DNA of 29,319 bases from Candidatus Hodarchaeota archaeon (GTDB lineage: Archaea; Asgardarchaeota; Heimdallarchaeia; Hodarchaeales; Hodarchaeaceae), in NCBI GenBank assembly GCA_029856365.1, contig JAHQWW010000035.1:1-29319 (forward strand), written 5' to 3'. Below, one piece after another: positions 8,236 through 17,711 of the stretch. The notes below the pieces were generated by a model. It did not search any database, was not told where the DNA came from, and saw nothing but the letters and a program-made list of their open reading frames with translations. A program made the translations under genes and the position numbers. The number at the start of each line of letters is the position of its first letter. The stretch's first letter is position 1.

Positions 8236-8563
8236 TGCGAAGACTAGCTTAAACTTAGTAGAAGCATCGAAAATTAATGCTCCACTCATCGTTGAATGTA
8301 AAGTTAATCTCGAATGTTCCCTCCTTAATATGAACATTCATGAATATGGTTTTGTAGTGCTAGGTGAGGTTATCGCTGTTTCAATGTGGGACAAAATCTT
8401 ACATTTAAAACCAGAGAAGCGATACGCGCTATTAGATCTTACAATTCCCCGTCAAGATGGTTTTTGTACCCTTACTAATAAAATCAAACCAATTCCTGGA
8501 TTCTCAGAAACAATTCAAATCCATAAAGAGAAAGTGAAACAATACCTTAAGGAGAAATCTTGA
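8236..8563 (+). pseudogene. 5'-truncated diverged copy of the flavin reductase gene (123-752)
   Basis: Gap-free alignment to 425-752 (offset 7811), about 39 mismatches in 327 nt (~88%, hand count). Similarity continues ~30 nt past the stop. Confidence 0.92.
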
Positions 8564-8651
8564 CTCTTCTATCGATATTCCAGTATTTTCGTGTATTATT
8601 AATATAAATGGCTTCAAGCACTTGAAAAATTCCAACAAATTGCTGAATCTT

Positions 8652-8711
8652 ATTCGCAATATTTTGATTACACCTGATGCTATCGGGTTAATTCTAGACA
8701 AGATACAGAAA
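8652..8711 (+). repeat. 60-bp internal fragment of the HTH-10 regulator gene
   Basis: Matches 5220-5279 at 57/60 positions (attcgcaatattttgattacacctgatgct...gacaagatac.gaaa). Confidence 0.9.
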
Positions 8712-9007
8712 TCAACTCCCTTTTGAATCGAACAATTCCGTGAAGGACAGTCTGGCCACCATGACCACCCCCCACCAAACTTACATCCTTTACATGGTTC
8801 TTCTTGTGAAGATAACCATTTTAATCCTTTTAGGAATTCATCAAAGTCACATGTGTTATATAAATCTGCCATTAATCTTAATGATTTCGTATTTTCCACA
8901 TAGGGGAATAATCTCTTGGCAGCTGATATGATCGTTCCTAGGTGATAGTCACACAAAGCACAGTAATATCGTCCGCATCGTGATAGATATTGCGACTCTT
9001 TTATCAG
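8705..9007 (-). pseudogene. 3'-truncated DUF3795-like Cys-rich protein
   Basis: Frame extends upstream of the listed ORF to a CTG at 9007 preceded by SD-like AAGGTGA: LIKESQYLSRCGRYYCALC...CKGCK....PDCPSRNCSIQKGVDFC. It lacks the usual following xxCxxFPC and runs into antisense HTH-10 sequence. Confidence 0.75.
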
Positions 9008-9182
9008 CGGTGATCACCTTTCTAAATTAGGAAATCTGAACCTTAAAATGATAATTTTTCTGGTAATTTTCATATTCACTGTAAATCCTGTATGGATCTA
9101 AGGGATTCGTAATGATATAGATCTTATAGATTCTAAGAAAATTGGAATAATACTTAAGTAAAAAAAGTGAAGATTGTGCTGA

Positions 9183-9794
9183 ATGATGAATAATATTCGT
9201 AGATCAGCTCTTGCTTCCCTTGAATACTCTACTGATGCTAAAACATGGCTGCAAGGTAAGGGGGAGCGTTTTATTAGAAAATTGGGGATTACAGAAGGCC
9301 AATCAATACTTGACTTCGGGTGTCGTATTGGCCATTATGTAATACCTACTGCTGTCGTTGTGGGGCCAACTGGACGAGTCTTCGCCCTTGATAAAGACCA
9401 TGATTCTTTAGATTTTTTAATAAAAAATGCAAAGAAACTCGATTTGGATAATCACATCATTCCGATTAAAACTACAGGAGAGTTGAATATACCCCTAGAG
9501 GATGATTGTATTGATGTTGTCCTCTTATATGATATTATTCACATAATTATAGGTATTGATGGCACTCTTAAACCTCTTCAATTGTTATTAACAGAACTAT
9601 CTCGGGTACTTAAGTCTGGAGGGTTGTTATCCATATCCATATCAGAGGGTCACTTAAGGGAAGTAAATTACACAAAACAAGATATTATTGACGAAATTAA
9701 CAAGATTTTTACTTATAGGAATCTGTTCAAGGAAGAAATAATGCACTGGGATTGGTTACTCATTGGGCAGGTTGATAATTTTTTCCTTGCTTGA
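9183..9794 (+). CDS. Class I SAM-dependent methyltransferase
   Basis: ILDFGCRIG, VGPTGRVFALD, IPLEDDCIDVVLLYDIIH, ELSRVLKSGGLLSI. Confidence 0.88.
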   Translation: MMNNIRRSALASLEYSTDAKTWLQGKGERFIRKLGITEGQSILDFGCRIGHYVIPTAVVVGPTGRVFALDKDHDSLDFLIKNAKKLDLDNHIIPIKTTGELNIPLEDDCIDVVLLYDIIHIIIGIDGTLKPLQLLLTELSRVLKSGGLLSISISEGHLREVNYTKQDIIDEINKIFTYRNLFKEEIMHWDWLLIGQVDNFFLA

Positions 9795-9859
9795 GTTCTA
9801 CCTTTGATTCAAAGAAAGAAACAAGCAAGTTTTTAGTAAGTTCCTCCTCCTTCTATGAC

Positions 9860-10690
9860 TCAAAATGCAGTCATCTCACCCTTTAACTTCAATGAATGTT
9901 CCATTCGTGTTAAAAACATAAATCCTACCACGAGTAGCACAGTCGAAATTACAATTAAGGAGAATAGTTCCCCTGTGAAATCAGTAATAGACATCCCTGC
10001 AACAATACTACCCCGAATAATTTTTAATGAATAAGTAAGGGGTATTACTTGCCCAATTATTCTCCCCCATCCTGGTAACATCTCAACTGGCGCAATGGCT
10101 CCGGAAAAAATAAAGAATACTGATGTAAGAATGTTTGCGGTATTAGTTCTGTCACGAAGGCTCAGAGTGATGCCATTAACTACCAAACCAACTCCAAAAA
10201 GAGAAATAACAGTCATAGCTATCCCTAGAGTTAGAAGTATGATATTCAGATGATAAATTCGAGCTCCAAAAACTAAGGTTCCAGCAACAAGAATGACCAG
10301 AAAATCAATTGTTGCATTGAACATAGCAAAACAAACCTGTCCTAGCATATATCCGCGCCGTGATACTGGACTTAAAAACAGTGGTTCGATTGTACCACCC
10401 ATCCTTTCCCAATAGAACACTCTACCTACCAGAAATACGGTTGCATAAATGTAAACAAAGACTGCTTGACCAATAATTACAAATGTTAGATAATCGACTG
10501 ATGAATATGAACTAAAAGTCGTTTTAAGTCTTTCAGATCCAAAGATACTATGGTAAAGAATCCATGCAGCAGCCATTGTCATAAAAGGGAGAAAAAAACG
10601 GAGAGCAAAGCTCGTTAAAGAGAATATCCGATAAAAGGCTATAAGATTATATCGTGCTGTTGCAATAATTACTCGAATGTGTTTTTTCAA
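9860..10690 (-). CDS. ABC-2 type exporter permease
   Basis: WERMGGTIEPLFLSP, FSGAIAPVEMLPGW...IPLTY, six TM helices. Confidence 0.9.
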   Translation of the reverse strand: MKKHIRVIIATARYNLIAFYRIFSLTSFALRFFLPFMTMAAAWILYHSIFGSERLKTTFSSYSSVDYLTFVIIGQAVFVYIYATVFLVGRVFYWERMGGTIEPLFLSPVSRRGYMLGQVCFAMFNATIDFLVILVAGTLVFGARIYHLNIILLTLGIAMTVISLFGVGLVVNGITLSLRDRTNTANILTSVFFIFSGAIAPVEMLPGWGRIIGQVIPLTYSLKIIRGSIVAGMSITDFTGELFSLIVISTVLLVVGFMFLTRMEHSLKLKGEMTAF

Positions 10691-10703
10691 GATTCCTTTC
10701 CTC

Positions 10704-11525
10704 CTAGAACATCGTTAGATTGGCATGTCGTTTGATATGTTTTTCAACACATTTTAGGAAAACTAAACAGAGACCAATAAGACAAAACATCATAAAAATG
10801 AGAATGCTTAGTTCCCAAACGATTGATTCTAAAGTTAATGATCCTAATAACGTTCCACGTACTATCAATAACACATAAGTGAAAGGAATGGTAATAGCAA
10901 GTACTTGAAGAACCTTCGGAAGGTATTGGATCGGAAAAATGAGTCCTGAGAGAAACTGCATTGGTTCTTGAATAGCTGTGGCCCACATCCCCCCTAGCCT
11001 ACTTGCTATAAAGAATGTTTCAAAGAACATCCCTAACGCAATGAGAACTAAAAACGAAACAAAAAGAGACACAACAACTGCAACCCAAGAGACAATGTTT
11101 AATTGAACATTTAGAAGAACCACTGCAATCACAAGCCCTGCTATAAACCAAAGAAAATTCGATGCTCCTGCTAGTGCGGTTCCTGTTATTATTCCCATTC
11201 GCGAAGCAGGTGACAAGAAAAGAACTTCCAAAGTACCTCCCCATCGTTCCCGGAGAAAGAAGGCGCCGCCGAAAATTGATGCATTAACGAATAGCATCCA
11301 ACAAACCTGACCAGAAAGGGTGTAGCCAACAAGATTAATTTGTGCATTTGATACTTTGATAAATTGTAAAGAGATCTCTCCAAACTGGAATGGAATGTAG
11401 AGAAAATAAAACTGGAGACCCCATGTGAGGGGAAGTACAAAATTCCAGATTAGGTTTTGGGGGCGAAAGAACTCACTTTTTACCCAACGAGTCATTTGAG
11501 CCTTAACTACCCTAGAAAATCCCAT
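10704..11525 (-). CDS. ABC-2 type exporter permease
   Basis: RERWGGTLEVLFLSP, LSGLIFPIQYLP...IPFTY, six TM helices. Confidence 0.9.
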   Translation of the reverse strand: MGFSRVVKAQMTRWVKSEFFRPQNLIWNFVLPLTWGLQFYFLYIPFQFGEISLQFIKVSNAQINLVGYTLSGQVCWMLFVNASIFGGAFFLRERWGGTLEVLFLSPASRMGIITGTALAGASNFLWFIAGLVIAVVLLNVQLNIVSWVAVVVSLFVSFLVLIALGMFFETFFIASRLGGMWATAIQEPMQFLSGLIFPIQYLPKVLQVLAITIPFTYVLLIVRGTLLGSLTLESIVWELSILIFMMFCLIGLCLVFLKCVEKHIKRHANLTMF

Positions 11526-11530
11526 TTAAA

Positions 11531-12556
11531 TCACCCTGCTTGGTCAATTATCTGAATGAAAACATCCTCTAAAGACGGTGTATGTCGTTTTGCTTCAAAG
11601 ATCTGAACATTGGGTTTCTCTAGAAGAAAACGTAATGTGGATGAAATTTGATCCTCTGTTATTGTTTCATATAATATATCCCAAACAGGTTTACTTGAAG
11701 CTTTGTAATTAGAATTAACATCAATTTTAATACTTTGGACACCAGGAAATGTTTCGATTTCTTGTAATTGTGACTTTTTAGCTCCTCCTACAACTACATG
11801 AATTTTTGGATTAATCTGAAACTTATTCTTTAGATTTATTGGAGTCTCAATGGTCAAAAGTTGACCTTGGTTAATGATCCCGATTCTATTACAAAGCTCA
11901 TCCGCCTCGTGAAGGTAATGTGTCGTAAGAAGGACGGTCATTTTTTCTTGCCTCACCTTCTGTTGTACTAATTCTCTTAGCTCTCGTGCTACATGCACAT
12001 CCAGTCCTAATGTCGGTTCATCTAGAAATAGGACAATTGGGTCATTGAGAAGGGCACGTGCAATTTGTAATCTTTGTCTCATCCCCTTGGAATACTGCTC
12101 CACTGGAGAGTCTGCCCGCTCCAGAAGTCCTACATTCCCTAATAATTCGTCAATCTTGTCTTTGAGCCCAACTTTTGGTAGATCATATAAATCAGCAAAA
12201 TATCGCAGATTTTCACGGCCTGTCAGTCGGAAATAAAGCATTCGTTCGCCTCCAGCTGCCATATTCACCAATGGTCGTACTTTATGGGCATCTTTGACTA
12301 CATCGTACCCTGCAACCGTTGCATTTCCACTTGTTGGGTAGAGTAGTGTGCAAAGGATTTTTGTGGTCGTTGTTTTACCCGCTCCATTCGGCCCAAGGAG
12401 ACCGAACATTTCACCTTTATAGATCTCAAAGTTTATGTCTTCTAATGCAGTAACAGTTTGTTTTTTTGATCTCAATAGACGTGTACGTTTTTTTGTTTGG
12501 AATACTCTCCTTAGGCTTGACGCTGATACCATAACACTCATTATTTGACATCTCAT
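11531..12556 (-). CDS. ABC exporter ATP-binding subunit (DrrA/CcmA-like)
   Basis: Walker A GPNGAGKT, signature YSKGMRQR, Walker B LFLDEP, H-loop TTH, C-terminal PSLEDVF. The true start may be the downstream MSVMV. Confidence 0.95.
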   Translation of the reverse strand: MRCQIMSVMVSASSLRRVFQTKKRTRLLRSKKQTVTALEDINFEIYKGEMFGLLGPNGAGKTTTTKILCTLLYPTSGNATVAGYDVVKDAHKVRPLVNMAAGGERMLYFRLTGRENLRYFADLYDLPKVGLKDKIDELLGNVGLLERADSPVEQYSKGMRQRLQIARALLNDPIVLFLDEPTLGLDVHVARELRELVQQKVRQEKMTVLLTTHYLHEADELCNRIGIINQGQLLTIETPINLKNKFQINPKIHVVVGGAKKSQLQEIETFPGVQSIKIDVNSNYKASSKPVWDILYETITEDQISSTLRFLLEKPNVQIFEAKRHTPSLEDVFIQIIDQAG

Positions 12557-12560
12557 CTTC

Positions 12561-12587
12561 CGTAACGTTACGATATTAGTTACGATA
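12561..12587. promoter_or_regulatory. Candidate operator in the divergent ABC/wHTH promoter
   Basis: Perfect 12-bp palindrome CGTAACGTTACG (12561-12572) overlapping a direct repeat GTTACGATA x2 (12567-12575, 12579-12587), next to TATA-like TATTTAAAAA (12591-12600). Confidence 0.65.
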
Positions 12588-12629
12588 CATTATTTAAAAA
12601 ACCTTTTTTATGGGCCTTTTTGAAAGAGT

Positions 12630-13262
12630 ATGGAAGAAATGAACATACATAAGGTATTAGAGGATTCTACTAGTGCTGCTATATTAGCTCAAATTTCACG
12701 ATATAGTGGTTCGATTTCAGCCAAAGAAATATCTAGAAATATTGACATCCCTCTGACCACGGTCTATGGTCATTTAAAAACGCTCGAGGAAAATGGTTTC
12801 ATTGTTTCAACCGAAGAACGAGTAAGAAATCTGAGTAAAAAAGTATGGCAACGTACTTCAATAAGTATTGAACCTCAGGATTCTCGTGTCCTTAATCAAC
12901 ACTATCAACAGACTTTTAATCGGGATCCTCAAGTTATTGCTTCTTATATGCAATTTCTTAACGCACTTCTAAGAGAAAATTTAGTAAAACTAAAAGAAAT
13001 TGCCCCTAATGCTTTTGAAGAATTTCAAAAAAAGTCAGAAGTTCCTGTGTATGTCAAGTTATATGGTTTGACACGTGATGATTATATATTTGTTTTGAAT
13101 AAAATTATGGAATTACGAGAAGAACTTTATGAAAGGGCAATGAATAGGGGAGAAAAGGAATATCAGAGAACAAAAATGTTACCAAAAGAAAGGTATCTAG
13201 TGTCCTTACTTGCTTTTCCTGAAATGGATGATTTTAAAGAATCCAAACCCGTATTACAATAG
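12630..13262 (+). CDS. ArsR-like winged-helix transcriptional regulator
   Basis: ISAKEISRNIDIPLTTVYGHLKTLEENGFIV...KKVWQR; divergent from the ABC operon. Confidence 0.85.
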   Translation: MEEMNIHKVLEDSTSAAILAQISRYSGSISAKEISRNIDIPLTTVYGHLKTLEENGFIVSTEERVRNLSKKVWQRTSISIEPQDSRVLNQHYQQTFNRDPQVIASYMQFLNALLRENLVKLKEIAPNAFEEFQKKSEVPVYVKLYGLTRDDYIFVLNKIMELREELYERAMNRGEKEYQRTKMLPKERYLVSLLAFPEMDDFKESKPVLQ

Positions 13263-13415
13263 CTCTTCTCAAATCTAGAGATTTTAGAGTGGGTGATTAA
13301 CCTCTTTTAACTGACTCTGTTTCATTAATGATTTCATTTTCATTTGGTTCATCTTAAATTCTCCAAAGAATTAAAAACAACAGCCTCTTAACGGACTCAC
13401 TCTTATCAATAATAG

Positions 13416-13706
13416 ATGGTCTTGAAGAAAATGACGAATTATGAAATTAAACTAAAAATTACAGATATTCTTGGCGATGGAACGTGTCCTCGTGGTCATA
13501 AAGTAGGAGAGGTATTTTCTTTTCCAGAAGATATCGGTAAACTATGTCAATCAGCTTATCATTCTATTTATCCTACTATTAGAGTGATGCAATCAGGTGG
13601 GAGTTTTCCTTGGTTTAAGGATCGCAACACACACTCAAGATGTTGCCCTGATCCGAAACGACCAGTCATTATTGAAATTTCTCGTGATGTAATTTCAGAA
13701 AGCTGA
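13416..13706 (+). CDS. TIGR04076-family small Cys protein
   Basis: GTCPRGHKVGEVF...LCxxAYHSIYP...GGSFPW...CCPDP..V. Confidence 0.8.
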   Translation: MVLKKMTNYEIKLKITDILGDGTCPRGHKVGEVFSFPEDIGKLCQSAYHSIYPTIRVMQSGGSFPWFKDRNTHSRCCPDPKRPVIIEISRDVISES

Positions 13707-13836
13707 AGGACACATATGAAGAGGGAGAATTTTCTTCTTTAGAAGCTTTTCAATAAAAAAAGTGCTTAAATATGTGTATTCTCACATTGTTGATTTTAAG
13801 TTCTTAGAAACAAAGACGTCGAATACGAGCTTACCT

Positions 13837-14370
13837 CTATTTCCATGTTGAAAGATCTTGTTGTACAGCCTCAAGGAATGAGTCCTGAAATTGTTGCAGT
13901 TCTGAAGACGGCTGGGGTCTTGTGATAGTTGTTCCTAGAGGTTGAAAACGATAAATCCGACCAGGAGTCTCAATGATCAGATAGATATAATATTCTCTGC
14001 CACTTTTTTTTGTATCCCAGCGAATAGTTGTGATTTCATGTTTAGCAATCGTTTTACTTCGATGTAATTTCCAGAATCTATGACCAATAACGACTGTATG
14101 ATTCCCAAAAATTACTGTAAACCGAGCAAAGAAGATAACACTAAGAACGATGCAAAAACACACACAAAAAGCAAGAAATAGAACTGATAGTAAATTTCCT
14201 TCCCCCTGAATGTACTCCACTAGAGTAATTCCTAAGAATGCTGAGGAACCAAGGACCAACACAAGTGAGATAAACTTTGGCCCTTTTGTATGTATTGGTG
14301 AGTGAATAATAAATTTAGTCTTATCATCACACTCTTTTCTTTCAAAGGAGAACTTATGTTTATTAGGCAC
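13837..14370 (-). CDS. Hypothetical 2-TM membrane protein with C-terminal beta-rich (bPH-like) domain
   Basis: Two hydrophobic helices followed by a beta-strand-rich segment (KTIAKHEITTIRW..YIYLIIET). GTG start uncertain. Confidence 0.6.
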   Translation of the reverse strand: MPNKHKFSFERKECDDKTKFIIHSPIHTKGPKFISLVLVLGSSAFLGITLVEYIQGEGNLLSVLFLAFCVCFCIVLSVIFFARFTVIFGNHTVVIGHRFWKLHRSKTIAKHEITTIRWDTKKSGREYYIYLIIETPGRIYRFQPLGTTITRPQPSSELQQFQDSFLEAVQQDLSTWK

Positions 14371-14557
14371 TGTGGTCTTCTTCTTTCACTTTATTTGGAG
14401 CTTTTCTTATCCATCATCTTCTGATCCTTTTTGTTTTTATAGGTTGAATACAGTGTGAGAAGTAATCACATTTGAGTAAAAACTTGGTATTAGGGATGCT
14501 AAGGTTTTCGAACCATAAATTGAAAATGACAAATGAATTCGTATTCAAATGACATCA

Positions 14558-14908
14558 TTATCTGTTAATTTTGCCTTCATCAATAAGCATATTCTGCAAG
14601 ACCGAAGTAAGATTGGAGGCATATTCAACAATAGATTTCCTTCCCTTCATGCTTAAATATAAAACAGTTGTGGGTTTAAGATCGATAAACTTTTTTCTAA
14701 CCTCAATAAATCCTTTATTCTGGAGTTTCTTAATGTGAGACGATAAATTTCCACTTGTTAGACCTAGAGCCTTTTGTATTATAGTGAAAGGGGCCCTACC
14801 CCGTGGTAAGAGAAACATAAGAATAGAAAGCCGTGTTGGATTATGAAGATCTACATCTAATTCCAAAACGGTTTGGATATCATCCTTCTGAGGATCTGCG
14901 ACATTCAA
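14558..14908 (-). CDS. Small winged-helix regulator (HTH_34/MarR-like)
   Basis: LHNPTRLSILMFL...LGLTSGNLSSHIKKLQNKGFIEVRKKF....PTT...LSMKGR. Confidence 0.88.
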   Translation of the reverse strand: MNVADPQKDDIQTVLELDVDLHNPTRLSILMFLLPRGRAPFTIIQKALGLTSGNLSSHIKKLQNKGFIEVRKKFIDLKPTTVLYLSMKGRKSIVEYASNLTSVLQNMLIDEGKINR

Positions 14909-15059
14909 CTGGATCGTGAGGTTTAGAATACAACTATTTTTATGTTTTTGGACTCTTTAGGCAAATCACTCTGATTTTTTGATAAATCACGCAAGACACT
15001 TCTCATTCTCAACAATCCAACCTCTAGAAAGATAAAACACATTATTTTCAGGTGGTAGT

Positions 15060-15731
15060 TCATTCAGAAATTTCCATCTTCTCTATATACGCATCGATTT
15101 GCCTTCGGTTCCAAAAAGCAACGAAACAAAAGCTAGTCCCGAATGCGCAGCCGAATATTAAGCCTCCCATAAGGAAAAATGAAGAATCGATAAAATTCCC
15201 TAGTAACAAAATAATTGCAGCACTAAAAGACACAATTGGAGTCACTAGATAAGCCATTTTAGACAAAATTTCCTCACTCTTCGAATAATAATTTTTATCC
15301 AATACTAATGCTGTAAATCCACTGATAAGGGCAACAGTCGGGAAGGAAAGAAATTCCATTTCGTTGAAGCTAAAAAAGCCTATTGCTACTCCCATTATTA
15401 TGAAGCTACCAATTAAAAAGAGAGTACTACTATCAAGTCCTTTTTCTTGAATCTTTCGGCTGTAAATGTTGATTAGATGCCGATCAGAAAATCCTTGGAT
15501 AATCAACCCTGAAACTATTGCTAATATCCAAGGAGTAATACTCACAACTCCGAAAATCTTTAAACTTGAAAAAACACCATCTAAAATCCCTGCACCTATC
15601 AAAAGTAATCCCCAAATAAGACGGGACATACTTTCCTTTTGTATATTAAATGTTTTTTCAAAAGATTTTACTCGGTTCATATAATAGAGTAATTGTTTGA
15701 TCTCAGCAGGTGAAATTGTACTATCTTCCAT
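15060..15731 (-). CDS. Six-TM membrane protein upstream of the HTH_34 regulator
   Basis: Hydrophobic helices starting LIWGLLLIGAG. ATG at 15731 (MEDSTIS) is preferred over TTG 15785, which overlaps the candidate operator. Confidence 0.75.
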   Translation of the reverse strand: MEDSTISPAEIKQLLYYMNRVKSFEKTFNIQKESMSRLIWGLLLIGAGILDGVFSSLKIFGVVSITPWILAIVSGLIIQGFSDRHLINIYSRKIQEKGLDSSTLFLIGSFIIMGVAIGFFSFNEMEFLSFPTVALISGFTALVLDKNYYSKSEEILSKMAYLVTPIVSFSAAIILLLGNFIDSSFFLMGGLIFGCAFGTSFCFVAFWNRRQIDAYIEKMEISE

Positions 15732-15771
15732 AGTTACAGTTATTCTTTCTTGGTTTATATAGGGACAACTA

Positions 15772-15788
15772 ACTTTGAACTGCAAAGT
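15772..15788. promoter_or_regulatory. Candidate operator ACTTTG-N5-CAAAGT
   Basis: Perfect 6-5-6 inverted repeat between the divergent membrane-protein/wHTH unit and the ABC unit. Confidence 0.6.
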
Positions 15789-15894
15789 GGCTTGTTATTC
15801 AAACTTCTTGGCGTTACGGCTAGTATTGCCATCTTTTAAGTAGAGAAAAATTAGTACCAATCAGATTAATCAATTAGAAAAAACAAAATGAAAA

Positions 15895-16854
15895 ATGGGA
15901 ATGAAACAAATGTCAGTAATTATCGAAACAAACGGGCTTAGTAAAACCTTCAATGGTATCCAAGCTCTGAAACCACTAAATCTAAAGGTGCGAAAAAACT
16001 CAATTTTTGGGTTTCTTGGTCCAAACGGTGCAGGTAAGACCACAACGATGAAATTATTACTTGGACTTATCAGACCTACAAATGGTAGTGGTACTATCTT
16101 TGGTCATGATATTGTACAAGATAATATCAATATTCGAGCTCGTATTGGTTATCTACCACAGGATCTCGACATTAAAACACTTGAACATTTGACTGCACGC
16201 GAATTGCTACGTTTTGCAGCTCGATTTTACTTTAAGGGGCCTAAACAAATGATTGAAGATCGAGTTCAAGAAATGCTTGATCTTGTAAGTCTATCGGAGA
16301 AAGCTGATAGGCCAATTAGAGGTTATTCTGGTGGTGAAATTCAACGATTGGGGATCGCTCAAGCTCAGATCAATTATCCTGATCTGCTAATCTTGGACGA
16401 ACCCGCTGCTTCCCTTGACCCTATTGGTCGTCGTGATGTACTTGAAGTGATGGAAAGACTTCGTAAGTATACCACAATTTTCTACAGCACTCACATTCTC
16501 GATGATGTGCAGAAAGTTAGTGATAGTGTTGCTATTCTTAATAAAGGGGAATTAATTGCCCAAGGATCTATTGATGAGTTATTAGCTGGAAGTGAAGGGT
16601 TAATCTACAATGTTAAGATCAAAGGTGACACTACTAAAGCCTACAACTACATCTCAAAAAAGACTTGGATCACAGAAATCAATATTCTTGAGAAAAATGG
16701 CTATACAACTTGGCAAGTTGGAGTGAATGATTCAACTCTTGCTGAGCAACAATTACTCCGATTATTGCTTAAGGATGAGCAATTAAGAGTCATTGAATTT
16801 CAACAGAAGAGCTTTGAATTAGAAGATGTTTTTCTGAATTTAGTGGAAGGTTAA
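15895..16854 (+). CDS. ABC exporter ATP-binding subunit
   Basis: GPNGAGKT, YSGGEIQR, LILDEP, STH, LEDVF. The start may be the ATG at 15910. Confidence 0.95.
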   Translation: MGMKQMSVIIETNGLSKTFNGIQALKPLNLKVRKNSIFGFLGPNGAGKTTTMKLLLGLIRPTNGSGTIFGHDIVQDNINIRARIGYLPQDLDIKTLEHLTARELLRFAARFYFKGPKQMIEDRVQEMLDLVSLSEKADRPIRGYSGGEIQRLGIAQAQINYPDLLILDEPAASLDPIGRRDVLEVMERLRKYTTIFYSTHILDDVQKVSDSVAILNKGELIAQGSIDELLAGSEGLIYNVKIKGDTTKAYNYISKKTWITEINILEKNGYTTWQVGVNDSTLAEQQLLRLLLKDEQLRVIEFQQKSFELEDVFLNLVEG

Positions 16855-16858
16855 AAAA

Positions 16859-17638
16859 ATGGTAATAAACTCAGAATTTAATTTAAGAAATGTTCAAGGT
16901 TGGAGAACTGGATTAAGCAACCTATTATCAGCTGAATTTGGTCGATGGGGAACAAAAGATTGGTACATTATGATGGCCATTTGGTTGGCTATTATTAATG
17001 GTTCTTTGCTTGGAGTGCTGTCTGGAATGGATGACATAGCATCAGCACTCATGTTACTAGGATTACTTGCTGGAATGTTTCCAGTAATCAACGTCGTCAT
17101 CGTTTTACAGGATGTTATTATCGGGGAAAAAGAAACTGGAACTGCTGCGTGGATCCTTTCTAAACCCGTTTCTCGTCCTGCATATATTCTTTCGAAATTA
17201 ATTGGTAATCTTGTGGGCATTACTGTAAGTCTAGCTATAGTCCCAGGAATTGTTGCATATGCGACTATTTACTTGATGAGAGGAGTACTTTTACCCCCTG
17301 GCCCTTTTTTTGCTGCTATCGCAATTCTTGCTCTCAATTTGATTTTCTTTCTGACTTTGACACTAATGTTAGGGACTTTCTTTGATTCTAGAGGAGGAGT
17401 TATTGGGATACCCATGTTACTTGGTCCTGGATACTCATTATTTTATAATCTGCCTTTAATATCTGCCTTTCATCCAATGGCTATGTTTTTTCCTTCAGGA
17501 AATGCTGACATTTCTTTCTTTGGTGCCATTGCATTAGGAGAACCCGTAGGATCATTGATTCCATTCTTAATGACAGTTTTCGGTATCCTCTTATTCACAA
17601 TTGTTTCTTTGTGGCGTTTTCATCGTGAAGAGTTCTAA
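16859..17638 (+). CDS. ABC-2 type exporter permease
   Basis: IIGEKETGTAAWILSKPVSRPAYILSK, six TM helices, C-terminal RFHREEF. Confidence 0.9.
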   Translation: MVINSEFNLRNVQGWRTGLSNLLSAEFGRWGTKDWYIMMAIWLAIINGSLLGVLSGMDDIASALMLLGLLAGMFPVINVVIVLQDVIIGEKETGTAAWILSKPVSRPAYILSKLIGNLVGITVSLAIVPGIVAYATIYLMRGVLLPPGPFFAAIAILALNLIFFLTLTLMLGTFFDSRGGVIGIPMLLGPGYSLFYNLPLISAFHPMAMFFPSGNADISFFGAIALGEPVGSLIPFLMTVFGILLFTIVSLWRFHREEF

Positions 17639-17711
17639 TTGGAGAGTAGTGAAATTAATCACTATTTTAGATCCCCCCTCTTCTTTTTTATCAAAAAATT
17701 GGTGAAATTAT

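Noticed and set aside
14909-15006. Upstream ATG at 15006 that would extend the HTH_34 gene via a frameshift in an A-run
   Set aside because: The regulator domain is complete without it and the extension has no recognisable similarity.
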